A stretch of DNA of 40,748 nt, taken from assembly GCA_001772665.1 (NCBI GenBank), contig MEVH01000014.1, positions 1 through 40,748 of the forward strand, read 5' to 3'. This DNA comes from a candidate division WWE3 bacterium RIFCSPLOWO2_01_FULL_39_13 (GTDB lineage Bacteria > Patescibacteriota > WWE3 > 2-01-FULL-39-13). Position 1 is the first letter of the stretch; each line of letters begins with the position of its first letter. The notes under the pieces were generated by a model. That model was not told the origin of the DNA. It ran no database searches and was given only the letters and a program-made list of their open reading frames with translations. The position numbers and the translations under genes were made by a program. Positions 1-9,880 of the stretch are shown here, one piece after another.

Positions 1-220
1 TACCAAGTTGGAATACAAGATCTGGAGAGAGAAGTTTAAAATGGGTCGCCTATTTGCGGAAGTCAGGAGAAAAGCCAAGAAAGACTAAATCTGAATATAG
101 TATTGCTTTTTAGGATAGAGATCCTTGGGGTGTTTAAAATTTTTAGCTCATAAGTCTGTTTTTGATACCATACATCGAGTTGCCTGCTAGTGGTTCTCCG
201 TGAGAAAATGAGATCATATC

Positions 221-571
221 ATGCCAAATGGAACCGATATCATAGACAAGCAGATTGCAGAAGCAATTGCCCGTATTGATCTTGTTCTTGACAGAAATGT
301 ACGTCTGGTCTGGGTTGTTCTTGCCATGTCTTCTGTGATCTTCATTGTCGGCGCTGTTCTTCTTCTTATTGGTTTCAAAAACGGTGACTGGAAGATTCTG
401 ACTCCTTCGGCTCTTATGACAGGTCTTTTGTACTGGCCGATAAACAAGATTCTTACAATCCGCAAAGAAAATATACAGCTTGCTGTTGTTCCTGCGCTGA
501 TAAAAACTCTTCCTCCTGAAAAAGCTGCCGAGCAGATTATTAAGTTAATAGAAAAGCTTGATACAAAATGA
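221..571 (+). CDS. hypothetical small membrane protein
   Basis: 116-aa ORF with hydrophobic stretches VWVVLAMSSVIFIVGAVLLLIGF and ALMTGLLYWPI. Its stop overlaps the next ORF start (ATGA at 568-571). Confidence 0.5.
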   Translation: MPNGTDIIDKQIAEAIARIDLVLDRNVRLVWVVLAMSSVIFIVGAVLLLIGFKNGDWKILTPSALMTGLLYWPINKILTIRKENIQLAVVPALIKTLPPEKAAEQIIKLIEKLDTK

Positions 572-1047
572 ATTTCAAAATAAGTTTTAAAGAGAAAATA
601 AATATAACGGATGATGTCAAAGGAAGCGTAGAAAACGTTGTACGGCTCCTTTTTAAAAAGGCTGCGATTTCGAGATCTCCTCGAAAAAGGGGAGGAAGAA
701 AAGATCCATACCTTAGCGCCGCCGACGGGCAGTTTCTGGGGGTTTTAGTGCCAAAAAGGGATCATCCTGAATCTATTTTCAACGAATACGGAATTTATGG
801 CAGTCACCTTTCAGAATTCAGCATTTTCAACGAAACTGGAATCTACGGAAGCGAAAATTCTATGTACAGCCCGTTTAATGAACTAACGGTGATTCCTCCG
901 AAAATTTTGTGCGCCGGAAAAGAGATCGGGAGCCTCACGAAAAACGACCATATAGAAAAAGCTGTTGATCCCGATGAGCTTTTCAAAGTTCTCCAAAAGA
1001 CTAAAAAAGTGAACTGGAAGAAGATATTTGGAAAACTCCTTGATTAA
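568..1047 (+). CDS. hypothetical protein with internal FNExGIYGS repeat
   Basis: 159-aa ORF translationally coupled to the upstream ORF. It has an internal duplicated motif (IFNEYGIYGSHLSEFSIFNETGIYGSENSMYSPFNE). No family recognised. Confidence 0.5.
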   Translation: MNFKISFKEKINITDDVKGSVENVVRLLFKKAAISRSPRKRGGRKDPYLSAADGQFLGVLVPKRDHPESIFNEYGIYGSHLSEFSIFNETGIYGSENSMYSPFNELTVIPPKILCAGKEIGSLTKNDHIEKAVDPDELFKVLQKTKKVNWKKIFGKLLD

Positions 1048-1119
1048 ACATACTGACATACTCCCTGATTCTCTGTAACTATTTATTGACTAAAGCAAAA
1101 TATAAAAATAGAATGATCT

Positions 1120-2844
1120 GTGCCCAGTAATAATAGATTATCTTCGTGGAATGTTTCCCCTCAGAATAAAAACGCTTCTAATGCAAAGTTTATATTTGTA
1201 TCAGGCGGTGTAATGAGTGCCGTTGGGAAGGGAGTGACAGCCGCCTCAATTGCTATGCTTCTTCAAAAACACGGTTATCGTGTAACTTCTATTAAATGCG
1301 AGAACAATCTGAACGTCGATTTCGGCACTATAAATCCTATTGAACATGGCGATCCTTTTTTGTGCTTTGACGGCTTAGAAGCTGATATTGACCTTGGCAA
1401 CTACGAAAGATTTTTAGAGCAGGAAGTCGGGCACCCGAACTTTATGACAATGGGAGAACTTTACCAGACAGTAATAAAAAACGAAAGAAGCATGAAGTAT
1501 GAAGGAGAAGATGTTGAACCTATTCCACATATTACAAATGAAATAACAAGGCGTTTTTATGAAACTGCTGAAAAAACAAAGGCCGATTTTGTCGTTATTG
1601 AGCTTGGAGGAACAGTTGGTGAATACGAGAATAACAACGGATTGTATTACGAAGCCGCCCGCCGGATGGCTTTTTGTAGCAAGGTGGCGCATGTCCATGT
1701 TACGTATGTTCCTATACCTCCGCATATTGGCGAGCCGAAGACAAAGCCTGCACAATTTGGGATCAAGTCATTGATGACCATGGGTATCCTCCCGGATTTT
1801 CTGGTGATAAGAAGCGAAGAGATCATTGACGATCAGAGAAGATATAAATTTGCATATAAATTTGATATTAATCCTGAAAATGTGTTTTCAGATGAAAATC
1901 TGGATGTTATCGAAGAAGTCCCTCTGCATTTGCTAAAACAGAAGTTAGATCTTAGGATACTAAAATTCTTTAAAATGAAGGCGAAAAAGAAGATTGATAT
2001 TTCGGCCTGGGAAAAATATGTGAATAGTCTAAAAACTGCCAAAAAGAGAAAAGTGAAAGTAGCTATTGTCGGCAAATATTTCTCGACCGGAAAATCGACC
2101 CTGACAGATTCGTATTACGCCTTGATAAAAGCATTAGAACACGCTTCTGTTTTTCATGAATATGACTTGGAATTATCTTTGATCAACTCTGAAATTGGTA
2201 AAAAGGATTTGTTGGATAAGTTAGAAGATGTCGATGGAATAGTTGTCCCGATAGGCTGGGGAGCCCGCGGGGTAGATGGAAAAATTGAAGCCGTAAAGTT
2301 TGCTCGTGAAAATAAGATTCCATATCTTGGATTGTGTTATGGTATGCAGCTTGCATGTGTCGAGTTTGCCAGAAACGTTGCTGGTTTAAAAGATGCTCAC
2401 AGTGTAGAGGTTGATCCAAAAACAAAGCATAAGATAATTCATAAAGTTCCATTTAATAGAAAGTATCAGGTAATAAAAGGAGATGGCTGTTCGATGCGTT
2501 TGGGATCTTTTGACTGTATCTTGAAAAAAGGGACAGTTACATATAAGTCATACAAAAAGCATAAAGGCTTCAAAAATGAATCCAAATCACTGATTTCCGA
2601 AAGGCATAGACACCGCTTTGAATTTAATAATAAGTATAGGGAGATTCTGTCAAAAAATGGCCTGGTTTTTTCAGGCACATCACCGGATGGTTATTTTGTT
2701 GAGTTTGTTGAACTGCCAAGAAGCGTCCACCCGTTTTTTGTCGGCACACAGGGGCATCCAGAGTATAAATCAAGACCATTAGCCCCGCACCCGCTGTTTA
2801 TAGACTTTCTTAAAGCAGGGATAGAGAAAGGTGGTCATACTTAG
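1120..2844 (+). CDS. pyrG: CTP synthase
   Basis: 574-aa ORF with synthetase N-terminal motif FVSGGVMSAVGKGV and glutamine amidotransferase motifs LGLCYGMQLA and GTQGHPEYKSRP. The GTG start from the ORF track gives about 20 extra N-terminal residues, so the exact start is uncertain. Confidence 0.95.
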   Translation: MPSNNRLSSWNVSPQNKNASNAKFIFVSGGVMSAVGKGVTAASIAMLLQKHGYRVTSIKCENNLNVDFGTINPIEHGDPFLCFDGLEADIDLGNYERFLEQEVGHPNFMTMGELYQTVIKNERSMKYEGEDVEPIPHITNEITRRFYETAEKTKADFVVIELGGTVGEYENNNGLYYEAARRMAFCSKVAHVHVTYVPIPPHIGEPKTKPAQFGIKSLMTMGILPDFLVIRSEEIIDDQRRYKFAYKFDINPENVFSDENLDVIEEVPLHLLKQKLDLRILKFFKMKAKKKIDISAWEKYVNSLKTAKKRKVKVAIVGKYFSTGKSTLTDSYYALIKALEHASVFHEYDLELSLINSEIGKKDLLDKLEDVDGIVVPIGWGARGVDGKIEAVKFARENKIPYLGLCYGMQLACVEFARNVAGLKDAHSVEVDPKTKHKIIHKVPFNRKYQVIKGDGCSMRLGSFDCILKKGTVTYKSYKKHKGFKNESKSLISERHRHRFEFNNKYREILSKNGLVFSGTSPDGYFVEFVELPRSVHPFFVGTQGHPEYKSRPLAPHPLFIDFLKAGIEKGGHT

Positions 2845-2893
2845 TCTTTTTTCTAAAGTCATTATTTTGATTTAATCATGCAGATTGTCTTAG

Positions 2894-3403
2894 CTAAGAC
2901 TCTTTGATTAGTTCCAGCCTTTTTAGTGCAAGTTGGGCAAGTATTTTTCCTTCTTGTTCGTAAGAATATAATTTCGGATTAAACCCAGTATGAATAACTC
3001 GCTCGAGATATTTAAAATAATCTTCTTCATTCATAGTTAATGCGGCAACAGAATGTGCGTGAAATACTGGTAGAAAAAAATCAAGATTGTTTGCAACAAC
3101 GCCTCCCCTTTCTTCCCCGAACTTTCCCTCTGGGTCAAATGGATAGTTATATTCTTCAAATGTGATGTTACCTTTTTGAAGAAAGCTTTTTGTTTTTGCT
3201 AAACAGCCATCGACTGTTATTCTAATGATGAGTTCAGGTTCGAAGAAAAAATGGAACAGATGGTCATTTTTAAGAGCATGGTCATAAATCTCTTTGACTA
3301 AGCCTTTTAATTGGAGCATATCTTCAATAGCAATATTTCCATTATCCAAAATTGGAACGTACTCTTTTATATGTATAGTTTTAATCCGCATATTTGTCAT
3401 CAA
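2894..3403 (-). CDS. hypothetical protein
   Basis: 169-aa ORF that fills the intergenic space. No motif recognised. Confidence 0.5.
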   Translation of the reverse strand: MMTNMRIKTIHIKEYVPILDNGNIAIEDMLQLKGLVKEIYDHALKNDHLFHFFFEPELIIRITVDGCLAKTKSFLQKGNITFEEYNYPFDPEGKFGEERGGVVANNLDFFLPVFHAHSVAALTMNEEDYFKYLERVIHTGFNPKLYSYEQEGKILAQLALKRLELIKES

Positions 3404-3478
3404 TTAATTACAAAAATGTTAATTTTATTACAATCTTTTTCGAGACATTCCATTTCGAAAAGGAAGTAGGACTTGGTG

Positions 3479-3931
3479 TTATTTAGAAAGAAGATCTCGG
3501 ATCCTTTTTTCAATTTCTTCTCGCTTTATTTTCTCGCTTTTGGCTTCAGAACTAACAGCTTTTCTACCTTCACCTAATATCCTACTAGGATCCAGCATAA
3601 TTGATTGTACCCTACAATAATCAGCATATAACGAAAGGTTATAGTCTTTCCAATCATCTTGGATTTGAAGCAAGACGCTATCGTTAAACTTATATCTTTC
3701 GAGACTTCTTGTATAATCATCGACAAAATTACGAAGATTTCTTAATTCATTTGACCACATTTCTATATCCCGTTTATAATTTTCTGTATCTTCACCTAAA
3801 AGAATCGCCTCTTTTAAGTCTTTATTGGTTTGTTCTATGTATCCCTCTAGTTCTTTCACAGTTACCTGATACCAATATCTGTCGATATCATCAGAATCCT
3901 TAAATGGTCCAAACAGCCCGTCGTGACTCAT
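3479..3931 (-). CDS. hypothetical protein
   Basis: 150-aa ORF, charged and helical in composition. No motif recognised. Confidence 0.5.
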   Translation of the reverse strand: MSHDGLFGPFKDSDDIDRYWYQVTVKELEGYIEQTNKDLKEAILLGEDTENYKRDIEMWSNELRNLRNFVDDYTRSLERYKFNDSVLLQIQDDWKDYNLSLYADYCRVQSIMLDPSRILGEGRKAVSSEAKSEKIKREEIEKRIRDLLSK

Positions 3932-4043
3932 AATTCGTTTATTCTATCAGTTTTTCCACTAAATAGCATTGTTTTGATAACCAATAGGTTGCTTTCGTGT
4001 TTATGTTTAATTATAGGCTGTTCCAAGATGCTATTATTATGCT

Positions 4044-5846
4044 ATGGATAATATTTCTGCGGTGCGCGAAAAGGTTAATATTATTGAGCTTATAAATTCT
4101 TATGTCCCGTTGAAAAAGGCAGGCAAAAACTATAGGGCGAATTGCCCGTTTCATAAAGAAAAAACCCCTTCTTTTATGGTATCGCAGGATCTTCAGCGAT
4201 ACCGCTGTTTTGGCTGTGGCAAAAGCGGGGACATTTTTACCTTTGTTATGGAATTTGAAGGTATAGACTTTTCTGACGCCCTGAAAATGCTTGCTGAAAG
4301 AGCTGGGGTAACGCTGAAGTTCGAAGGGGGTAAGTCCAAAGTCGAAAGGGATCAAAATAAAAGGATAGTAGAGATAAACAAGACCGCTGCGAGGTTTTAT
4401 GCGTTTCTCCTCGTAAATCATAAGTTTGGAGAAAAAGCCCGAAAATATCTTAAAGAACGCGGTATCAAATCGTCTACTATTAAGGAGTTTCAGATAGGCT
4501 ATGCACCGAATTCATGGGACAGCTTGTCGAAACATCTTATAAAAAAGGGATATTCTCCAAAAGATATAGTAGATGCCGGACTCGGAAAATTTCGCACAGG
4601 AAATAAAGACACATACGACATGTTCCGCAGGAGGCTTATGTTTCCTCTTTTAGACCACATGGGAAAAATTATCGGTTTTGCGGGACGTGCTCTTGCAAAA
4701 GACCAGGAGCCTAAGTACATAAATACTCCAGAAACCGCAATTTTCCATAAAGAAAGATTTTTGTTCGGACTTGATAAGGCAAAATCATATATCCGCCAGA
4801 AAAATGAGGTAGTAATAGTAGAAGGAGAGTTTGATATGATAACTCCTTTTCAGGCCGGGTTTAAAAATATCGCTGCATCCAAAGGCACCGCTTTGACCCT
4901 TGGACAGGCTGCCTTGGTAAAACGCTATGCAAATACAGCAATACTAGTTTTTGACAATGACCCTGCTGGGGTTGAAGCCTCTATACGCGGTACGGGAATC
5001 CTTCTAAATGCTGAGCTTGATTTAAAAGTTGCCTCGATTCCAGCGCCTTTTAAGGATCCTGATGATTTGGCGAAAAGCGATCCTGTAAAGTTCGGAGAGG
5101 TTCTGCAAAAAGCGCTTCCTATCTGGGACTATTACTTCGCGTACGCATCAAAAAAATACAACCTTTCTGACGTTTTTGAAAGAAAGAAGGCATCAGCGTT
5201 TCTTTTAGAAATTATCAAGGGCATAGAAAATGGAATTGTCAGGTCAACTTATGTTAAGAAATTCTCCACCCTTTTTGATGTACCCGAAGAAACTGTACTT
5301 GCAATGCTTGAGAAATCTCTACAGAAAGGTTCATATTTCGAATTTAAGCGTGATGAAACATCGGTTGATCCCGTTATTATAAAGGATGGCTTGTCTGAAT
5401 ATCCGGGCAGTGAAATTTATCTGCTCGCCCTTTTTGCAATGGCAGATAAGGCTAGTTTGAAAAAATACCTTTCTGAAACACCTGAAGATTATTTTACAAA
5501 CGAAGAAACCCGTCAGGTTTTAGAGGCGATGAAGTCCGAGGCGAAAGCCAAAACATTTAATGCCAGAAGCTTTTATGATAAACTTACGAACTATAAGAAA
5601 ACTTCCCATGATTTGTTTGAGAAAGTATATTTACTTGATTTAGATGAACGCCTGCATGATCCAGATGCTTTTGACCGCGAAATCCGCACGGCTGTAAATA
5701 GGCTTAAAAAGGGCTTTCTTGTGAGAATGCTTAAAGATATATCTAAAGCCATTAAAAAAGCTGAAACGGTTTCAGATTCGAAGCTTATCGAAAAGCTTCA
5801 GAAAGAGGTTAAAAAGCATACTGCTGATCTTGCGCTGGCCGAGTAG
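4044..5846 (+). CDS. dnaG: DNA primase
   Basis: 600-aa ORF with CHC2 zinc finger CPFHKEKTPSF...CFGCG and TOPRIM motifs VIVEGEFD and VFDNDPAG. It lies directly upstream of rpoD, the classic dnaG-rpoD arrangement. Confidence 0.93.
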   Translation: MDNISAVREKVNIIELINSYVPLKKAGKNYRANCPFHKEKTPSFMVSQDLQRYRCFGCGKSGDIFTFVMEFEGIDFSDALKMLAERAGVTLKFEGGKSKVERDQNKRIVEINKTAARFYAFLLVNHKFGEKARKYLKERGIKSSTIKEFQIGYAPNSWDSLSKHLIKKGYSPKDIVDAGLGKFRTGNKDTYDMFRRRLMFPLLDHMGKIIGFAGRALAKDQEPKYINTPETAIFHKERFLFGLDKAKSYIRQKNEVVIVEGEFDMITPFQAGFKNIAASKGTALTLGQAALVKRYANTAILVFDNDPAGVEASIRGTGILLNAELDLKVASIPAPFKDPDDLAKSDPVKFGEVLQKALPIWDYYFAYASKKYNLSDVFERKKASAFLLEIIKGIENGIVRSTYVKKFSTLFDVPEETVLAMLEKSLQKGSYFEFKRDETSVDPVIIKDGLSEYPGSEIYLLALFAMADKASLKKYLSETPEDYFTNEETRQVLEAMKSEAKAKTFNARSFYDKLTNYKKTSHDLFEKVYLLDLDERLHDPDAFDREIRTAVNRLKKGFLVRMLKDISKAIKKAETVSDSKLIEKLQKEVKKHTADLALAE

Positions 5847-5852
5847 ATAATT

Positions 5853-7118
5853 ATGGCTGAAAAGACAAAAAACAATCCAAGAATTCAAAGTCTTCTCAAT
5901 CGTGGAAGAAGCAAAGGCTATGTGACTTATGAAGAGGTTTTGGATGCAATGCCTGAAGCCGAAGAAAACCTCGAGATTCTTGATGAAATTTATACAACAT
6001 TTCTGGACGAGAAAATTGATGTTGTCGACCAGGATGATATTGATCTAATAGCAGACAGCAATATTGCCGACCTTGAAAAGGAGCTTAAAGCGACTTCTCT
6101 TCAGGCGACTTTAGACCGTGCGGTGACAAGTGATCCGGTTAGGATGTATCTTCGTGAGATTGGCCGTGTTGCGCTTCTTACTGCTGTTGAAGAAATCGAG
6201 CTTGCGAAAATGATAGAAGCGCAGAATTATGAAAGGGCGCTTGAACGATTGAAAAAAGAAGGAGTAATAAGGCCTTCGTCTAAACAGATAGCAAGAATCA
6301 TGCTTGAGCCTGATTTAATGGACAATCTAGGCCGTGTTAAAGAGGCGAAAAATCAGCTTGAAGACATAAAGAAAAATAGAAAGACTTTTGCTATGAAAAA
6401 GGCGCGGGTGAGGCTTATAGATTCTAATCTCCGGCTTGTTGTTTCAATTGCTAAGAAATACATGAACAGAGGCTTAACTTTTTCTGACCTGATTCAAGAG
6501 GGAAATATCGGCCTTATGCGTGCAGTCGATAAGTTTGACTGGCGCAGAGGATTTAAATTTTCGACTTATGCAACCTGGTGGATACGCCAGGCTATTACGC
6601 GTGCCATTGCTGATCAGGCTCGTACAATAAGGATTCCAGTACACATGATTGAAACTATCAACAAATTAAAGCGCGTTCAAAGGGAGCTGGAGCAAAAACA
6701 TGAGCGCGAGCCGACAGCAAAAGAAATTGCAAAAGTTCTTGAAATAGAGCCTGAAAGGGTAGAGGAAATTCTAAAAATCGCCCAGGAGCCTTCTAGTTTG
6801 CAGACGAAGGTTGGCAGCGAGGGCGACACCGAGCTGGCAGAATTTATACAGGATGAAGATACAGAGTCTCCTGAGCAGTCTGCCTTATACGAGCTGTTAA
6901 AAGCCCATGTTGTTGAGGTCTTAGATACTCTTAGCGACAGAGAGCGCAAGGTTCTTGAACTTCGCTTCGGACTAAGAGACAACAATTCGCGTACACTCGA
7001 AGAAGTCGGCAAAGTTTTTGGAGTAACAAGAGAACGTATTCGCCAAATTGAAGCAAAGGCTTTAAGAAAACTTCGACATCCGTCAAGAAGCCGAAAACTT
7101 AAAGATTATTTGGAGTGA
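5853..7118 (+). CDS. rpoD: RNA polymerase primary sigma factor (sigma-70 family)
   Basis: 421-aa ORF with region 2 [27 protein letters not shown] and region 4.2 [30 protein letters not shown]. Confidence 0.95.
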   Translation: MAEKTKNNPRIQSLLNRGRSKGYVTYEEVLDAMPEAEENLEILDEIYTTFLDEKIDVVDQDDIDLIADSNIADLEKELKATSLQATLDRAVTSDPVRMYLREIGRVALLTAVEEIELAKMIEAQNYERALERLKKEGVIRPSSKQIARIMLEPDLMDNLGRVKEAKNQLEDIKKNRKTFAMKKARVRLIDSNLRLVVSIAKKYMNRGLTFSDLIQEGNIGLMRAVDKFDWRRGFKFSTYATWWIRQAITRAIADQARTIRIPVHMIETINKLKRVQRELEQKHEREPTAKEIAKVLEIEPERVEEILKIAQEPSSLQTKVGSEGDTELAEFIQDEDTESPEQSALYELLKAHVVEVLDTLSDRERKVLELRFGLRDNNSRTLEEVGKVFGVTRERIRQIEAKALRKLRHPSRSRKLKDYLE

Positions 7119-7159
7119 GACATAAAACTGTTGTCACAATAAGGCAATACCAAAGCAAT

Positions 7160-7576
7160 CTATTTGAACGGATTTAATGTTGATACTTCTTTGTATTTTC
7201 TAAAGTGGCTGTCGTTGTTGGTAGCGATTTGGTCAACATTATATTCAATCATCATAGCTACAATTAGCGCATCAAATACTGCATATGATTTGATTTTATA
7301 TTTTGCGATTAACTTTTTCAGGATTTGATAAGTTTCTTCAGATGGATATAAGACAGGCAAAATCTTTATTATTTGGTCTATTGCTTTTATGGCGTTTCTC
7401 GGACTAAATGGATTAGAGAATAACTTTTCAGATGTTATGCTTCTGTAAGTCTCGCTGACATTTTGCAGTGTAATATATGAATCATGTTTTCTTAAATATT
7501 CTATTGACCTGTCGTGTAATTCAGAGTCCTCGTTGAGGGAGTAAATTAAAATGTTGCTATCTAGTAATGTTTTCAT
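7160..7576 (-). CDS. vapC: PIN-domain toxin (VapC-like)
   Basis: 138-aa ORF with PIN acidic residues in LLDSNILIY, FDALIVA and ATNNDSHF. It overlaps the upstream antitoxin-like ORF by 20 nt. Confidence 0.8.
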   Translation of the reverse strand: MKTLLDSNILIYSLNEDSELHDRSIEYLRKHDSYITLQNVSETYRSITSEKLFSNPFSPRNAIKAIDQIIKILPVLYPSEETYQILKKLIAKYKIKSYAVFDALIVAMMIEYNVDQIATNNDSHFRKYKEVSTLNPFK

Positions 7577-7928
7577 CTGTACTGTAGATATTTTCTCTTG
7601 TGAGTGCTGCCTTTTGTTTTCCCATGGGTTTTGTAATCAGCCGTATTTTATGTACTCTTTGATTTTTAGATTGGCTGGAAATGTAATGTCGGAGAGCCTC
7701 GTTTAGAACGTGCTGTAATGTTTGATTTCTTTTCCGCGCCAGTTCTTGTGCATTCCTTTTGGTTTCTTTATCTATCCTTAATGTTGTTTTCGTAGTCAGC
7801 GATGACATTGCGTCATTCATATCACCATTCTGCCATATTGCCATATCGACTGTCAAGGACTCGAGTCTTAAATCGCCTCTTTTTGTCTGGCAATTTAAAC
7901 TGCCATAAGGTAAAATTTCCGTGTTCAT
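7557..7928 (-). CDS. putative antitoxin of the PIN toxin (VapB-like, RHH-like)
   Basis: The ORF overlaps the vapC start. The segment TTLRIDKETKRNAQELARKRNQTLQHVLNEAL resembles a ribbon-helix-helix DNA-binding antitoxin. AGGAA lies 6 nt upstream of ATG 7928, but internal Met codons (7820, 7808) are alternative starts. Confidence 0.55.
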   Translation of the reverse strand: MNTEILPYGSLNCQTKRGDLRLESLTVDMAIWQNGDMNDAMSSLTTKTTLRIDKETKRNAQELARKRNQTLQHVLNEALRHYISSQSKNQRVHKIRLITKPMGKQKAALTRENIYSTDENITR

Positions 7929-7976
7929 TAATATTCCTAAACATTCTGCGGTAGCTTTCGATGAGTTCTCAGCGAT

Positions 7977-8023
7977 ACGCCGAAGGCGGAAAGCTGTAGA
8001 CGAATTAATCCGCCGAAGGCGGA
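7977..8023. repeat. pair of short GC-rich palindromes (CGCCGAAGGCG and TCCGCCGAAGGCGGA)
   Basis: Two near-identical stem-loops at 7978-7988 and 8009-8023, in the spacer between the antitoxin promoter region and tRNA-Asn. Confidence 0.4.
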
Positions 8024-8068
8024 CAACGGAAAATTATCGTTTGGAGTAATAGGAAAAATAAATATCAT

Positions 8069-8143
8069 TCCGCGGTAGCTCAACGGTAGAGCAGAAAGCT
8101 GTTAACTTTAAGGTTGCTGGTTCGAATCCAGCCCGCGGAGCCA
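8069..8143 (+). tRNA. tRNA-Asn (anticodon GTT), CCA encoded
   Basis: Hand-folded cloverleaf: acceptor TCCGCGG/CCGCGGA, D arm GCTC-AACGGTA-GAGC, anticodon loop CTGTTAA (GTT), variable AGGTT, T arm GCTGG-TTCGAAT-CCAGC, discriminator G, CCA at 8141-8143. There is one G-A mismatch at the top of the anticodon stem. Confidence 0.9.
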
Positions 8144-9739
8144 GGATGGATCGGCAGGTGCAGAAAAGCCTGCTTTTGTAGTTATATCAACAAGTTCTAC
8201 TGGTTCGAGCCGTTCTTTTTCTTTATACTTCCCATCCGATGCGTTTTTGAGTATAAAAAATGGATTCTTCAGGTTAAATGAGATTTTTTTGTCCTTTAAG
8301 ATGAAGTTCGAGCCAACGTAATTTAGTATGTCCCTCTTATCCCTTAAAGTGCCGGTTTTGAATTTACTTGTTACATTTTGAGCAAGATCAAATGCATCTT
8401 CTACGTTATCGATCCAGTTCTTTTGCTGATAATTAGAATCGGTGAGCTTTTCTTGGCACTTATTCAGATCTGACTGCAGCCTTTCCTTTTTTTCACAGTA
8501 TTCTGTATCTGAAATATGTCCGTCTAGTTTGAGATCGAGCAGCTTGTCCAGCTTTTCTTTTATTGATTCTTCTTCACTTCTAAAATTGCTATTGATTTGA
8601 CCCCTGCTTTCAGATTCTCTCCTATGGGCTTCTTTTAGGTATTTTATAGTCCATTTCTTAAAGTCTTCATGTATTTCTATCTTCCCGAGAATCTCAAGTA
8701 TCTGGCTCTCTAGCTTTTTTGCTGTGATAGCTTTCTGTTTACACTTAATTTTCTTACTCTTTTTGGTGCAGTGATAATAATCGTAAATAGCAAGTCTCTT
8801 AGTTCTTGCGAAGTACTTTTCTCTATGTTCTGCTGTAATGGAACAATCGCATTCACCGCACTTGATCATTCCTGTAAACGGAAAGTCGTGATTCTGAGGG
8901 CGTTTTTTATCTGTTCTGCCTAGGAGTTGTTGAACTTTATCAAACTCTTCTTTTGTAACCATTGGTTTGTGCTTCCCATCGTACCATACACCGTTGACCT
9001 CAAACTTTCCATAATAAAAGGGGTTTGATAACAAGTCATATAGGCCGCTTCTTGAAATTGCTTTGCCACCTATTCTTTTTCTCTTGATGCTTGTGTAATT
9101 CCATTCTTCATCGGCGATTTTTGCTATCTCTGGTACTGTATTGGTTCCCGCAAGTGCTAAATCCCACATTTTTCTTACCAGCAGGAATCTTTTATGGTTG
9201 ACTGTAATGATTTTGTATCCTTTTTCTCTATCCGGGGTGTTCATGTAGCCTTGGGGGGCAACGAAAGGGTACCAGCCCATTTCCAGTTTCTTTTTAAGAC
9301 CTCTTTTAACATTTACGCCTTTTACATCGTTTTCAAACTTGGCATTTATCATAAAGAAGCCAAGCATCATTTTGCTCATAGGTTCATTTGGGAAGTCTTG
9401 CGAAGGAGTGATTATCCTTTCTAGGATCCCTTCGTCCAGCAATTGAGTTAGATTTGCACCATCGATTGGGTTTCTTGAAAGCCTGTCTGGTGACCATACT
9501 AGTATTCCTTGTGCTTTTCCCAATCTGATGTTTTCTAGCATGGTTTGATACTCTGGTCTGGATAGAGGCTTTTTAGCGCTTCTTGATTCCTGAATTATTT
9601 GAACTATTTCTAAATTTCTCTTATCTGCAATGTCTTTTAGTGCATCAATTTGAGATTCTAGCGATAGAACCTGTCGATCTTCGCGATCTGTAGATTTTCT
9701 TGTGTACATTATGTATTTGGTTTTATCTGTATCTTTCAT
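8108..9739 (-). CDS. large serine recombinase (integrase)
   Basis: 543-aa ORF with resolvase-type catalytic domain (YTRKSTDREDRQ, SLESQ, PDRLSRN), zinc ribbon CGECDC...YYHC and a long coiled-coil C-terminus. The last 36 nt are antisense to the tRNA-Asn 3' end. Confidence 0.9.
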   Translation of the reverse strand: MKDTDKTKYIMYTRKSTDREDRQVLSLESQIDALKDIADKRNLEIVQIIQESRSAKKPLSRPEYQTMLENIRLGKAQGILVWSPDRLSRNPIDGANLTQLLDEGILERIITPSQDFPNEPMSKMMLGFFMINAKFENDVKGVNVKRGLKKKLEMGWYPFVAPQGYMNTPDREKGYKIITVNHKRFLLVRKMWDLALAGTNTVPEIAKIADEEWNYTSIKRKRIGGKAISRSGLYDLLSNPFYYGKFEVNGVWYDGKHKPMVTKEEFDKVQQLLGRTDKKRPQNHDFPFTGMIKCGECDCSITAEHREKYFARTKRLAIYDYYHCTKKSKKIKCKQKAITAKKLESQILEILGKIEIHEDFKKWTIKYLKEAHRRESESRGQINSNFRSEEESIKEKLDKLLDLKLDGHISDTEYCEKKERLQSDLNKCQEKLTDSNYQQKNWIDNVEDAFDLAQNVTSKFKTGTLRDKRDILNYVGSNFILKDKKISFNLKNPFFILKNASDGKYKEKERLEPVELVDITTKAGFSAPADPSWLRGLDSNQQP

Positions 9740-9880
9740 AATAAAAATGACCGCCTCGTTGCAATTACGTCAACGAAGACTTAGACAAGATGACCCGTCT
9801 TGTCTACGGTGTTAATAATTGCAGTGGCATTATCTCCTAAAATCTAATTACTTTCCAATTTGCCCGTTCATACTCAAATT

